Shown here: positions 41,150 to 52,459 of the stretch, one piece after another
Layout of the letters: each line of letters begins with the position of its first letter
Position numbering within the stretch: position 1 is the stretch's first letter
NCBI GenBank assembly: GCA_964304625.1
Contig: OZ199838.1
Location: 4,427,354-4,491,353 of the forward strand
Length of the DNA stretch: 64,000 nucleotides
Direction: 5' to 3'
Source of the DNA: Kudoa neothunni
Taxonomy: Eukaryota; Animalia; Cnidaria
Translations under genes and position numbers: made by a program
The notes under the pieces: generated by a model
What the model saw: only the letters and a program-made list of their open reading frames with translations
Told to the model about the DNA's origin: nothing
Databases searched by the model: none

Positions 41150-44100
41150 AATATGGTTAATGTAAATGAGTATCCATATTCTAATGTGATTCAAACAATA
41201 TCACAATTGCGAAGAAGTAGAAGACTTGAGGAAAAAAGGAGGAGGGAAGCAATTTGAAGACTTGAAGAGGTCGAACGACAGAGAGAATAGGAATCTCCAA
41301 AATAGAATGAGAAATCAATTTCATCGTTCTCATGAAACGTTAGAAATCAGATTCGAACGTCTACACTCGAACGTGGTAAGACAAAGAATTAGGCGTTCCC
41401 AACAAACAGAAAACGAAACTAAGATGAGAAGAGAAGAGATCGAAACAGGTTAACAAAATGGAATCGACTCACATCAGAATCTGAGCAACAAAGAGTTCAA
41501 CGTTTAATTATGGAGGCGTCTCGAAGAGCACAGAAGCGTTTGAATGCAACTGACGGCATCAGACTGGAGCGATTGGGATCCGATAGATTGTACTATTTCA
41601 CTCGAAGAACCGAACAACTATAATTAGAAATATGGAACAAAGCTGCCTTGATATACGATCCAAGTTACGATTACTCTTCTCAAAAATTGTCAGCATTGGT
41701 AAAATGTGTAAAATATGCTAATATTGTAAAGGTGAAAAATGGGAAGGTGAAAATGTTGTTGTGTTATTCCGCTAGAAAAATTAGACTCGAAGGATTTGCT
41801 GAACCTCCTATATTAATGAAAAATGTATTACTCGGTGAAAGCAACGAGTCTAAACACTTCTTGAGGAACATCGGGAAATACAAAAAACAAATTCCAGATG
41901 ACATCTTTTGATGTTAAAATCATATCAGAAACTGGATATATGCCTACCTTCAAAATATTAGGTCAAATTAGCCATAGAATCGGTTCTTTGTTACCACCGA
42001 CTGAACGGGATCGTGGGTTCCTACAACTTTATTTCATTGAAGATTATCGTAATCAGGCTGAAAGTAGACGATCAATATATCCAGATTTATGTTATGATTT
42101 AATTTTTTTACTTCAGAATATGCATTTGAGATTTAATAGTTACTTTAAGGTTTCAAATTTGCTTTGGAACTTGATGAAGCATTAAATGTCGATATTGTTA
42201 TTGATGCTAATAGACGCCCCCATGGAGAGCACGAGAGAAGATATAACCTCCCGAATGTATCGAAGTTGCTGTATTAATGACAGGCGAGACTCACAATAAA
42301 AGAGATATCATTTTAAGATGCAAGGACCGTAGTCTACAAGGAATCGATGAGACCCATAGATCGTACGACCCTCTCCAATATCCACTGATTCATATAAAAG
42401 GAGAGGATCGCTATCATTTTGGTATACCACGGGTTGGCACTAATTAAAGAGTGTCTTGCAAGGACTTTTATGCATATATTTTTATGACAAGGCATGGAAT
42501 ATGTAATTGTTTGCATTATTATCTAGCATTATTTCAACAATATGCGGTGGATATGTACACTAAAGTTGAATCAGAGCGATTGTGTTACATCAGGACTCAC
42601 CAGAAAGAACTTCGTGTCGATTCTTATATTCATTTAAGGGGCAGTATCAATAATGATGCAACCAACATGAATCATGGTCAGCTATGTATTTTACCCTCCT
42701 CGTACACTGGCTCATCCTGTCATATGCATGAAAAAACGCAAGACTAAATGTCATACGTTCGTTATTTTGGACGACCAGATCTGTTCATAACTTTCACAAG
42801 TAATCCGTTACGTGAGAAAATTACCTCAGAATCATTTCCTGGTCAAGTTTCAAAGAATTGCCATGACATAATTTCTCGCGTTTTAAATCTAAAATTGATA
42901 GTCTTAATGAGCTTATTAAAAAGAAATCAAATTTTCGAACCAATACAATGCTACATGTACACAATAGAATGACAAAAAAGGGGTTTACCACACACTCATA
43001 TATTAGTTTTGTTGGGGGAAAAGTTACGTCTCGACGACATTGACAAATGTATATCGTCAGAATTACTTGATCAATCGATGGACTCGTTGTTATTTGAAGT
43101 TATGAAGACCCAAATGATCCAGGGTCCCTGTGGCGGGCTAAATCGACATAGCCCATGCATGAAAAATGGTAAATGTAGCAAAAATTCTCCGACAAAATTT
43201 ATTCCGCAGACTCAAACGGACAACGATGGTTATCCCATGTACAAAAGAAGACGACCTGCTGACGGTGGTTTGGAGATCCTGTTAACAATGAAAAAAGGGG
43301 CAGCAGTGAAAGTAGACAACAGATGGGTTGTTCCATATTGTCCTCTATTGTCAAAAATATTTAAAACCCACATTAATGTTGAGTTCCGCAATTCTATCAA
43401 AGCCATAAAATATGTATGTAAATATGTCAACAATGGGCCGGATGCTGTGTCATACGCTCTTACTTGCCAAAATATTACAGACGAAGTTAGCCAATTCTAA
43501 TTGGGGCGTTACATAAGTTGCAGCAAGGCGTTTTGGAGAATTTTTGGTTTCAATATCCATGGAAGATTTCCATCAGTTCAACATCTTAGCGTTCATTTAG
43601 AAACGGGCAAAGGATCTATTACGACGAATCTAATCTATTAAATCAAATTCAAAATCCCAAAGATACGACGCTCACTGCATTCTTTAAACTTCGTCAAGAT
43701 AATTCTTTCGCAAAATCACTTTTTTATTATCAAGTCCCATCATATTACACTTGAAAACAAAATAAATGGATCAGGAGAAGAAGAGAAGTAGCAGTGGAAG
43801 TTTAACGTGATATAAAATTTGATTTTACGTTAGGAAGAGTATATAAGATACATCCAAGTCAGCAGGAATGTTTTTATCTGGGAATGCTATTACACGAAAT
43901 AAAGGGACCTACATGCTTTGAAAATATTCGTACCTATAATAATCACGTTTGTGCGGCATATAGAGAAGCTTGTATGATGCAGGATATCCTGAAAAGTGAC
44001 AACCACTGGGAGAAAACAATTATGGAAGATATTGTGTCCACCTTAGCTTCACAAATACGACGCCTACTTGCCATTTTAACAAAATCGTGCGAATTATAAC

Positions 44101-45730
44101 TAAAATTTAGAGAAGAAATGAATGAAGACTATCTACACAATTTTCAAATATGTTGCGACAATTTCTCAGTAACTTTCGACGATACTATTTTTGACATGAC
44201 ATTATTAAATATTGAAGATATCTCGAGAAATAGGGGTGGAGATAAGTTAGAAAACTATGGATTTCCAACATTTATTAGAAGGTTCAGAAGTAATATCCAC
44301 ACCGAGATTCAAAAAGAATTAGGTTATAATCCGAACGAACTTTCATCTTATGTGTTGTTAAATAAACCTAAACTCGCAGAGGAGCAACTGGTTGCATTTA
44401 ACAAAATTTTACAATGTTTACATTGTTCTACAAACTAAAATCAATTATTTTTTCTTGATGCTCCCGGTGGTACTTGAAAACATTTCTCATCAATATTATA
44501 TCGGCGGAAATTAGACAAAGCAAAGAGATTGTTTTAGCAGTTGCTTCCTCGGGGATTACTGCCACTCTTTTTCCCGGAGGGTGAACAGCTCAGAGTGTCT
44601 TCAGGTTACCACTGAAATTAAATGACGATATTGCAACATGCAATACAACAAGGGGAAGTGGAACGGCTGAATTGCTCAAACGGTGTGTTGCGATTATTTG
44701 GGATGAATGCACAATGGCCAACAAGGTCTCATTCGAAGCTTTGGATAGAACACTTTGTGATTTAAAAGAGAACAATTTGCCTTTTGGTGAGATCATTGTT
44801 ATTTTAGCCGATGACTTTAGACAAACACTACCAATAGTACCGAGGGGCTCAAGAATTGACCAAGTTAATTTGTGTTCGAAGTCATCATTTTTCTGGAATC
44901 GTGTAAATTTGTTGAAACATTCCAAAAATATGAGATCTCATCTCATTAGTAAATAAGATTCTACTTTTTTTCCAGAAAATATTTTAAAAATTGGCGAAGG
45001 CAGAGTAGATCGCTATGAGAATGGATAAATATCAATGGATTCCGTTGGGATATTGGTAAATAACGAGAGCGAATTGATAGACAAGGTGTTTAATGACATT
45101 GAAAACAGGTTCTGTGATGGAAATTGGTTATGTGAACGAGGTATCGTTTTACTCACAAACCAGATTGTTAATCAAATTAACAATCAAATGATACAAAAAC
45201 TTCCAGGAGATGAGAAAATTTACAAATCTATTGATAGAGTAGATGACCCCTCCGAAAGTGTAAATTATCTTATCGAATTACTGAACAGTCTGGAATTGTC
45301 CGGTGTGCCTTCTTACAAAATCACTTTTAAGATCGGATCCCCTGTTATATTGATAAGAAATTTTGACGCATCCAGGCTGTTCAATGGTACGAGATTGATA
45401 GTAACAAAACTTCTAAACAATATTGTGCACGCAAAAATCATAACTGGATGTGCAATAGGAGAATACATGTTTATTCCTGAATACCCTTAATTCCGTCAGA
45501 TAGCATATTTGCTTTTAAAATATTACATTTTCCAATAAAACTGTTTCGCCATGTCAATAAATAAATCACGGGGTGAGACTTTTAAAGTTGTCGGTCTACA
45601 CCTGAAAGAATCATGCTTTTCGCATGGTCAACTCTATGATGCTGCGTCGCGTGTTGGTTGCAAAGAGAATCTTTATATCTTGGCACAAAATGGTGAAGCG
45701 GAAATGTTGTCTTCAGGGAGGTCCTAAATT
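41150..45730 (+). pseudogene. Helitron Rep/Pif1-helicase (RepHel) transposase, many stops and frameshifts
   Basis: Rep motifs GRPDLFITFTSNP, IE*QKRGLPHTHIL (HUH) and KYVCKYV. Pif1 motifs FLDAPGGT*KTF, IIWDECTM, DFRQTLP, NGTRLIV, AMSINKS and FSHGQLY..ASRV. Confidence 0.95.
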
Positions 45731-46985
45731 AAGCATAAAAAAATTCATTCATTTGGCTTCCTACATTTCATATCTACATTTATCAATCGATATATATCAA
45801 CATCACTTTGATAAGTCCTATCCTGGTATAGAAATTAACAGTTTTCTTTTTACCTAAATGTGTTCAGAATACTTTTAAGTTGTGAATATCACTTAATTTA
45901 TGATGATTCCCTAACTTATAATCTACCTTGTGATAAATTTCTGCTCTTGTTTTGTCTTTTAATCGAAACTAGACACATTCCTTTACTTTGATCTACCCCG
46001 AGATCATTTCCATTCCTTTGGTCTTTCGTGAAATTAACATATGCTTCTTCTTTGAATGTATCCAGATATCAAACTTTGTTTTTGTTTCTAGTTTTAAATT
46101 AATAAAACTCCTTTTTAAAAAATTATTTTCGTCTAAATATCCTTATCGCTGGATGAATCTAATTACTTCATTTGATATCTCAATTTTCTTTCATTATTTC
46201 AGAAATCTATTTCCACGACTCCTACGCCTCTCTCTCTCTCTCTCTGTTGCTAAGCTTCTTCATACCTAATATTTGGAAAAAATACTGCATCATATTCGTC
46301 ATGTCATTCTTAATTGTCCATTTCCAATAGCTTTAATTGACAGGTAATTTTTTACGTACCTTTTAATTCCATTTAGGTCGACAATATTCAAATAATTTAG
46401 TTAATGAGATTTTTTATGTTGTTAGTAAAAAATTATGTAATGATCATCCTTTGAACTTTTAACAAATGCGTTTGTATTGTATCGACCTTTTAGATAATTA
46501 AAAATAATTTAATTCAAAAATAAGGTTTTAATAGTTCCAAGAAGAGATTTGGGAGAAAATTTATGAGTTTAACCATCTTTAATCATTCTTAACAAATAGG
46601 TAATAGCTTTTATGGTTCTTAAAATGCATTCACTCATATCATAATAGGAATCAAGTTTTGATTTTCAGGATGTTAGGATAAAAAAATACACGACAACGAA
46701 TATTAATCATAATTTTTGATAATATGATTATACTTGATGAGTCAGGAGTAGAACTAGAAATATTTTAACTAAAAACTTTATAATAATTCTCGAGCAAAGC
46801 GGGGTTTTCGCGCTAGTTAATATATAAATTATCTAAGAATTTTACGCCTTTGAAATGTTAATATAAAAGTTTTAACCCATTGGTAGACACAAAAGCAATA
46901 ACAACACATTAGGGAGAAAAAAGTTAAAAAAGTGATGAAAAACAAACTGAAAATACAAAATAGCCTAATAAATAAAGTCATTTGT

Positions 46986-47462
46986 CTAAGGAGGTAGATA
47001 TTTGGTTATATGCCGTTTCATACCACTCAGCTGGCGACATTCATAAACAATTCGAAGGTATTTTTTGACGTTTGGGCAAATTCTTCGCTCAAAAATGGCA
47101 AAGTCAGCATTTATTTGGCAAACTTGAAGCTCTTCACACAACTCCTTTATCTTAACCAGTGCGTAGGTCGTATTTTTATCCAAACACATTAGGTTATCAA
47201 CTTGAGATTCGGACGAGTTTATGTAGCTTAGTGACGTGGGAACCTTGCATAATTGAATATTATCTCTTCCCCAGAAGGAGTCGAGAATATGAATTCCTTC
47301 ATATGCAGAACAAGATAACACTTTAACATCTTCTTCACATAGAATGGCTTCTGTTTTGGGCAATTTAATCCAACTTGTGATTCTACTTTTATGTTCTGTT
47401 GATAGATGAGGAAGAAATGTGAGGCAGATAAAGGTTAACAGAATCGGATATGCAGAAAACAT
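46986..47462 (-). CDS. Secreted single-domain SUEL/Gal_lectin (rhamnose-binding-type) protein, intronless CDS, nematogalectin-like lectin domain
   Basis: Hydrophobic signal (MFSAYPILLTFICLTFLPHLST). Eight-Cys SUEL pattern LCE..LSC..IHILDSFWGRD..C..C..C..C..F..ICPNVKKYLRIVYEC. Confidence 0.88.
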   Translation of the reverse strand: MFSAYPILLTFICLTFLPHLSTEHKSRITSWIKLPKTEAILCEEDVKVLSCSAYEGIHILDSFWGRDNIQLCKVPTSLSYINSSESQVDNLMCLDKNTTYALVKIKELCEELQVCQINADFAIFERRICPNVKKYLRIVYECRQLSGMKRHITKYLPP

Positions 47463-47815
47463 TATTCACAGTGTTGAGGTCTTAAGGTTTTGTTTAATTA
47501 AAGATTGGCACTTGAAAAAATTTAGTTTTAGTCATTAAGATTCTTTATAATAATTTACAGCGGAGAAGTATCAAGACTTTAGCATATACAGTCTTTGAAT
47601 TTAACCGTAAGCGAGTAGAATATTATCACATTAGATAGGTCGTTTTGTAATAAGTCTTATTTTTATTGTTGTTATAGGATAGGTTATTCAGAAGCTAAAT
47701 CGATTCTACCATCTACTTCGTTATAAAAGGGCACTACAGTGATGAATATACGCTGACAGGTACTTAGTAATAAAATTTTCGCGCATTCCGAACTTAACTA
47801 ACTTCATATTTAGAA
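47463..47815. promoter_or_regulatory. Putative bidirectional promoter between two divergent lectin genes
   Basis: Only 353 bp separate the two ATGs. A TATAAAA lies near 47722, upstream of a likely 5'UTR intron (47760-47813) of the + gene. Function is inferred from geometry. Confidence 0.45.
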
Positions 47816-49978
47816 ATGATACAATTTTATTTCATATTATATTTCATATATAGTAATCATTTTGAGAGTTTACTGTATAACATAGAATTTTAGTTTTAAA
47901 CATTGGAAATAAAAATTTGGGTAAGGCGTCCAATTTAACTGACTTCACTCCTTACGCCGATTCGATTTTGCCATCAAATTCAACAAACGATGAAGTTTTA
48001 CCTTATGATGTAAATCCAGCTGGAAACTACAGTGAAAACGACGTTATTTTGGATAATTTAATGGAAGTCAACAGCAACATGTCGAAATCTGGAAACTTGA
48101 CTTCTAAAAATGGAACTCGTATTTTAATTTATGTATATGTAGAATGAAAAATTTTGGTAGTAACCAACGTTGAAAATGATAACACGACCCAAAATTCAGC
48201 CGAGAACCCCCTAGCATCATTAAATTCTACTTACATTCAAAATGCAACAGGAAACCCTCAGATAGAAACCAATTCTACTAACAACAACAACAACAACAAC
48301 AATCCGACGACGAATCCTCAATTACTTTCTAATTCAACAGCTACCCAAAATCTGACAGAAGGATCTCAGACATCAACCAGTGCCACAATCAACCAAAATA
48401 TAACAACGAACCCTCAATTATTAATCAATTCCACTACCGATTCCAATGAAACACTCTCATCGCGTGGCAACAGTAGGAGCAGAATCCGAAGAATTTTACA
48501 CCATTCGATTGAAAACCTACTTCGAAAAAAAATTAGCACCAGTCCAAAATATATATTGACCGGGGGGAAATTAAGAGACATACCTCATCCGGTTGTTATA
48601 GCAAACACAACAGTCATAGTATCATCAAATGATAACGTAAAAGAAAAGAAAAAGAATCAATTAGTTGCTAATTTATTAAAAAAACTTATCAGTAAACCAA
48701 TTAAACTACCCCTCAATAGTATTTTATTTGAAAAATGGAATATTACTAAATATTTTTTAAGATGTCACTATAAGCAATAATAATACGAACCAATTTCACA
48801 CAGCAAGTCTACTCAATAAAACTGTTTCTCACGTCTACAGTATTAACACTGAATTTTTCCAAAATTAAATTATTCAAAAAGATACTATCAATAAATTATT
48901 GGGAAATAAGAATCGCACTAAAGATTTGAATGTTTCGAATATGACTACGGTATATTGTTTGCCAGTAACACAACTCATTTGATACTAAGAATGTAATAAA
49001 AGTTACATTTAAAAAACCAAAAAAAGTTAAGAGAATAAAGAAGAAAAGTTCTATATTGGGCGAAAAAAGATCAAAAATCCACGACGATGCTAAAAGAATT
49101 CAGCCATTAGTACAATCCCATTTATTACCTATAGTTATAATAAAAATATTTCTCTTTAGAGATTGATTGAATTAGAACAAAGGGTTCATAAAGCGCTGAA
49201 TATGAATCTTTATACATTTCTTGCGCCACTATCGATTCTAGGACTTACTGGCCCAACTGGAGACTTTGGAGCACCAGGACCTCAAGGATATGCTGGTCAA
49301 CAAGGCAACCCCGGCCATCCTGGTTCTACAGGACCTATGGGAGAAACTGGTAAACAAGGTAAATATAGCTTAGTTTGCGAGTGAGATTTTTTAACCCTTT
49401 AATATCAGGACATATAGGACCAATAGGTCCACCTGGAAATCCCGGAGAACCAGGTCAACGAGGGGACAAAGGACCTCCTGGCGATCAAGGCATATCTGGA
49501 GTCAATGGCATTCCAGGTAACGTCGGAGAAATGGGACCAATTGGTGAACCAGGATACTCTAATGATGAATATATTTTTCCTGTATACAATCGCTATGTTT
49601 TTCCATCTTTGTCATATACTTTAGAATTGTACCTACATATGTGGAAATGAAAAACACTGGGTGGAATGCAAAAAATTTGAGATTATTAATGTAATTTCGG
49701 CATTTTGGGGAAGAGAAGATGAATCAATATGTCCAAATTCTCCTTTGGGACTTAAAACTCACAAAAAATGTAGTATGGAAGGTGACACCGCGTGGAAAAA
49801 GTTATCCGACCAGTGCAGTAATAAAAACGCGTGCGAAATTATTGCAAGCAATCTTTTCTTTGATGACAATGAAAACGATGATGTTTACAAGTATGCAAAA
49901 GTATGCTATGAATGTACCATTGATGAAAGTCTAATTACCGCAAAATATGATAAGAAAAGACGGTCCACCAGGACTTAA
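47816..49978 (+). CDS. Nematogalectin (probably nematogalectin-related): signal peptide, long Asn/Thr-rich region, about 30 Gly-X-Y triplets, SUEL/Gal_lectin domain
   Basis: Spliced model MIQFYFILYFIY-ILNIG... with many N-x-S/T sequons. It continues FLAPLSILGLTGPTG...GEPGYS (uninterrupted GXY across one intron), then NCTYICGNEKHWVEC..ISAFWGRED..C..C..C..C..VYKYAKVCYEC. Collagen + Gal_lectin architecture defines nematogalectins. The 5' exons are inferred. Confidence 0.85.
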
Positions 49979-50531
49979 CATCAAACATCATGATTAATGT
50001 CTTGTTGATGGAAATACCTTAGAAATGTGAAATATAGTGACAAATATTAGCATTGGACTTTTGTAACATTATGTTTATTAATCTTTTCGCTGTAAAGTAA
50101 AATAACATTCATTTGTCGTTTATAAACAAAGAATAATTTCTATAAAATGGTCACCTTCCAGTATATAAAGGTGTTCTTATTAGTCCAACTTTTTTTTCGT
50201 TTTACACTTCTACTGATATTTAAAATTAGGAAAACAAAAACTACTATAGTAACTTAATATACCTGAGCCATTTTGGTTCACTTAATTGCCAGTAGCGCTT
50301 TATAACACGAGTTACTATTATTATTATTATTATTATCAGATCCAAGAATCTATTACATTACTTAATAAAAACTTCCATATTTCAAGACATGATTTCCTTT
50401 TGTATTTGGCGAGAAAAAATTATTTTAAGAACTAATGGCATTGTTGGCGTTAAAATGGGAATTTCCTGGTTGAGGTGTGTGTTCAATTTTATAAAGCTAT
50501 TTTTTAGCTGAATACTAACTATTCCAATTAA

Positions 50532-51531
50532 CCCTCTAAGGTACACAAAAACGACTGCACTCCAACGAACTTGGGGTCATTTGGACCCCAGGTTTATATT
50601 TTACGATAGTTAATAAAAAATATTTCAAAATGCATTACGAACTTTATGAAATTTCAACCGACAGAATTTTGAGAAAAATGTGATTCATTGAGCCAGTTAC
50701 TCCTATAAAATCCTATTCGGTCGGCCTATATAACGTTTCGTAAATTTTCGTTCAAATAAATCAACAATCTTTCATACTGTAAGAAAGAAATAAACTTAAA
50801 AGAAACAAAAAATATTTGAATATCGAAGCCAATATATTTTCATTTTGAACAATGATTATACTTACTCGAATAATGAAATCAACCAAAATATCCTCACAAC
50901 TAATGAATCGAATGTTTATTATTTATCATTTTGGCGGGTAAACATTATCAGAATATATTCTTAAAGCTTGATTCCATTATTTCGATTTTTAGGAACAATA
51001 TAAAACGGGGTTTTTAGTTACATTCTGATTCTTTGATTGTTAACAAGTGATGGTTAGTAGAGACATAATAAATATTACACTGTTTAATTTTAAACATCCA
51101 AAATTTATTAAACGCCTAAGAATTTGCTTTCTAAACATGCAACATCTATCACGCTTGATTTTATCGCTCAACGAGTTTTGCGAAGTGTTTATTAGCTTTC
51201 CGAATTGACTTCGGGAGGATTAACTTTCCCAATGAATCATCTTTTTCTCAAAATTCAGCCGGTAGAAATTTCCTAAAATTTGTATGGAATTTGAAATATT
51301 TTTTATTAACTATCGTAAAATAAAAACCTGGGATCCAAAAGACCACAAGTTGGTTGGAGTGTAATTTTTTATTTCAATGCGAAATTTTGTTAATTTTGTT
51401 AAATGTTTACTAAGTTGTAAGAATCGTAATTTATTGGAAATAACAGGAATTTCAAGCGTTTCGAAAGAATAAGTAACATATAATCAATTAAACTACTCTA
51501 GGGTCCAAAAGACCCCAAGTTCGTTAGACGG
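50532..51531. mobile_element. piggyBac-type MITE with long internal inverted repeats
   Basis: TTAA|CCCTCTAA (50528) and TTAGACGG|TTAA (51535). An inverted repeat of about 130 bp spans 50558-50690 vs 51235-51362. The CTCCAACGAA..TGGGG motif is shared with element 22746. Confidence 0.82.
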
Positions 51532-52110
51532 TTAAAATTCATTCAAAATAGGGTTTCAAATTATGTTAAGCAAGTTATTTCTATTCAGTAAGTCATACAG
51601 CTTGAGGTTATAAATATTTTTTAAAATAGGCTAGTGATAATTTTGTCAAAATTTCATGTCTTGGTTCAATACATGGTTTATAGCAGGGCTTCCCGATTGG
51701 GGGGGGGGCGGGGGTTCTCGGAATACTAAAGGTCTGGAAAGCAATTACTGATGTCCGAGACTCACACTTTGAGTCAGCGTAAAAATCCTACAACCAAGCA
51801 TGCTGTATACGTAATGTGACGATTCTGAGTAATCATAATTTCGCTCGAAAACATATCATGTGCAATTCGCGCACAATCGAAGCTGAAATAAGTCCTACTA
51901 ACAAGATGGCGTCTCTTTCCACAACAATGGCACATGTGGGAGGGTATAAGATTAATTTTATCTCCATTAGTTTTGTATGTTACTAAGCGAATAACTAAAT
52001 TTTAATCAATTATATTATCTTTTTATGTTTTATTTTACCAGAAAAACAGTGTATACGACTGATTCTAGCTTTAAAAAACACGTGCGTATATTATTTACAC
52101 ACAATTTAGC

Positions 52111-52175
52111 GGAACCTCGCTATCCTTATTGCTAATCACTAGTGGCAAATTTTCAGGATTACTGAGGTTAGACTG
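52111..52175. repeat. Right end of a pogo/Tc1-type MITE (same family as 17350-17414)
   Basis: Near-identical 65-bp stretch ending GAGGTTAGACTG|TA. Confidence 0.7.
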
Positions 52176-52459
52176 TAATTAGGAAAATTCATAAGTTAGA
52201 ATATCAACTTAAATAATAAAAGTATAGTTTTAAGCCGGTTTTCAATGAGATTATTATTTTTACATTTAATTAACAAGTAAAGTTGAGGCTTGAATTTCAC
52301 GCGGAGAAGGTGGAACGAAAAGCAACATGAGATTACAGATATAAACTATGTAACGAAATACCAGGCTAATAGATAATAGGAGGACGCAATTAGTTGCCAA
52401 GAAAATAAACAAATGAAAAACACTAGATTAAATTTGTAACTTAAACAAGAAAAAACGAC

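Larger units (their letters stand above)
38636..46816 (+). mobile_element. Formerly autonomous Helitron, decayed
   Basis: The 5' leader ACAAAGTTGAAGCGTCCGTGTG.. is shared with element 39043-40186. A RepHel coding relic lies inside. The 3' end is GCAAAGCGGGGTTTTCGCG-CTAG|T at 46794-46817. Confidence 0.85.

Noticed and set aside
42970-44480. TGA at conserved positions (IE*QKRG, GGT*KT), suggesting stop-codon reassignment
   Set aside because: These lie in a Helitron that also has frameshifts and TAA stops, and they replace different amino acids (W, G). TGA is the normal terminator of the PDZ-LIM and P5CS genes.
46817-47462. Small lectin gene as Helitron-captured cargo
   Set aside because: The gene lies about 170 bp outside the Helitron CTAG 3' terminus, and no downstream alternative terminus was seen.
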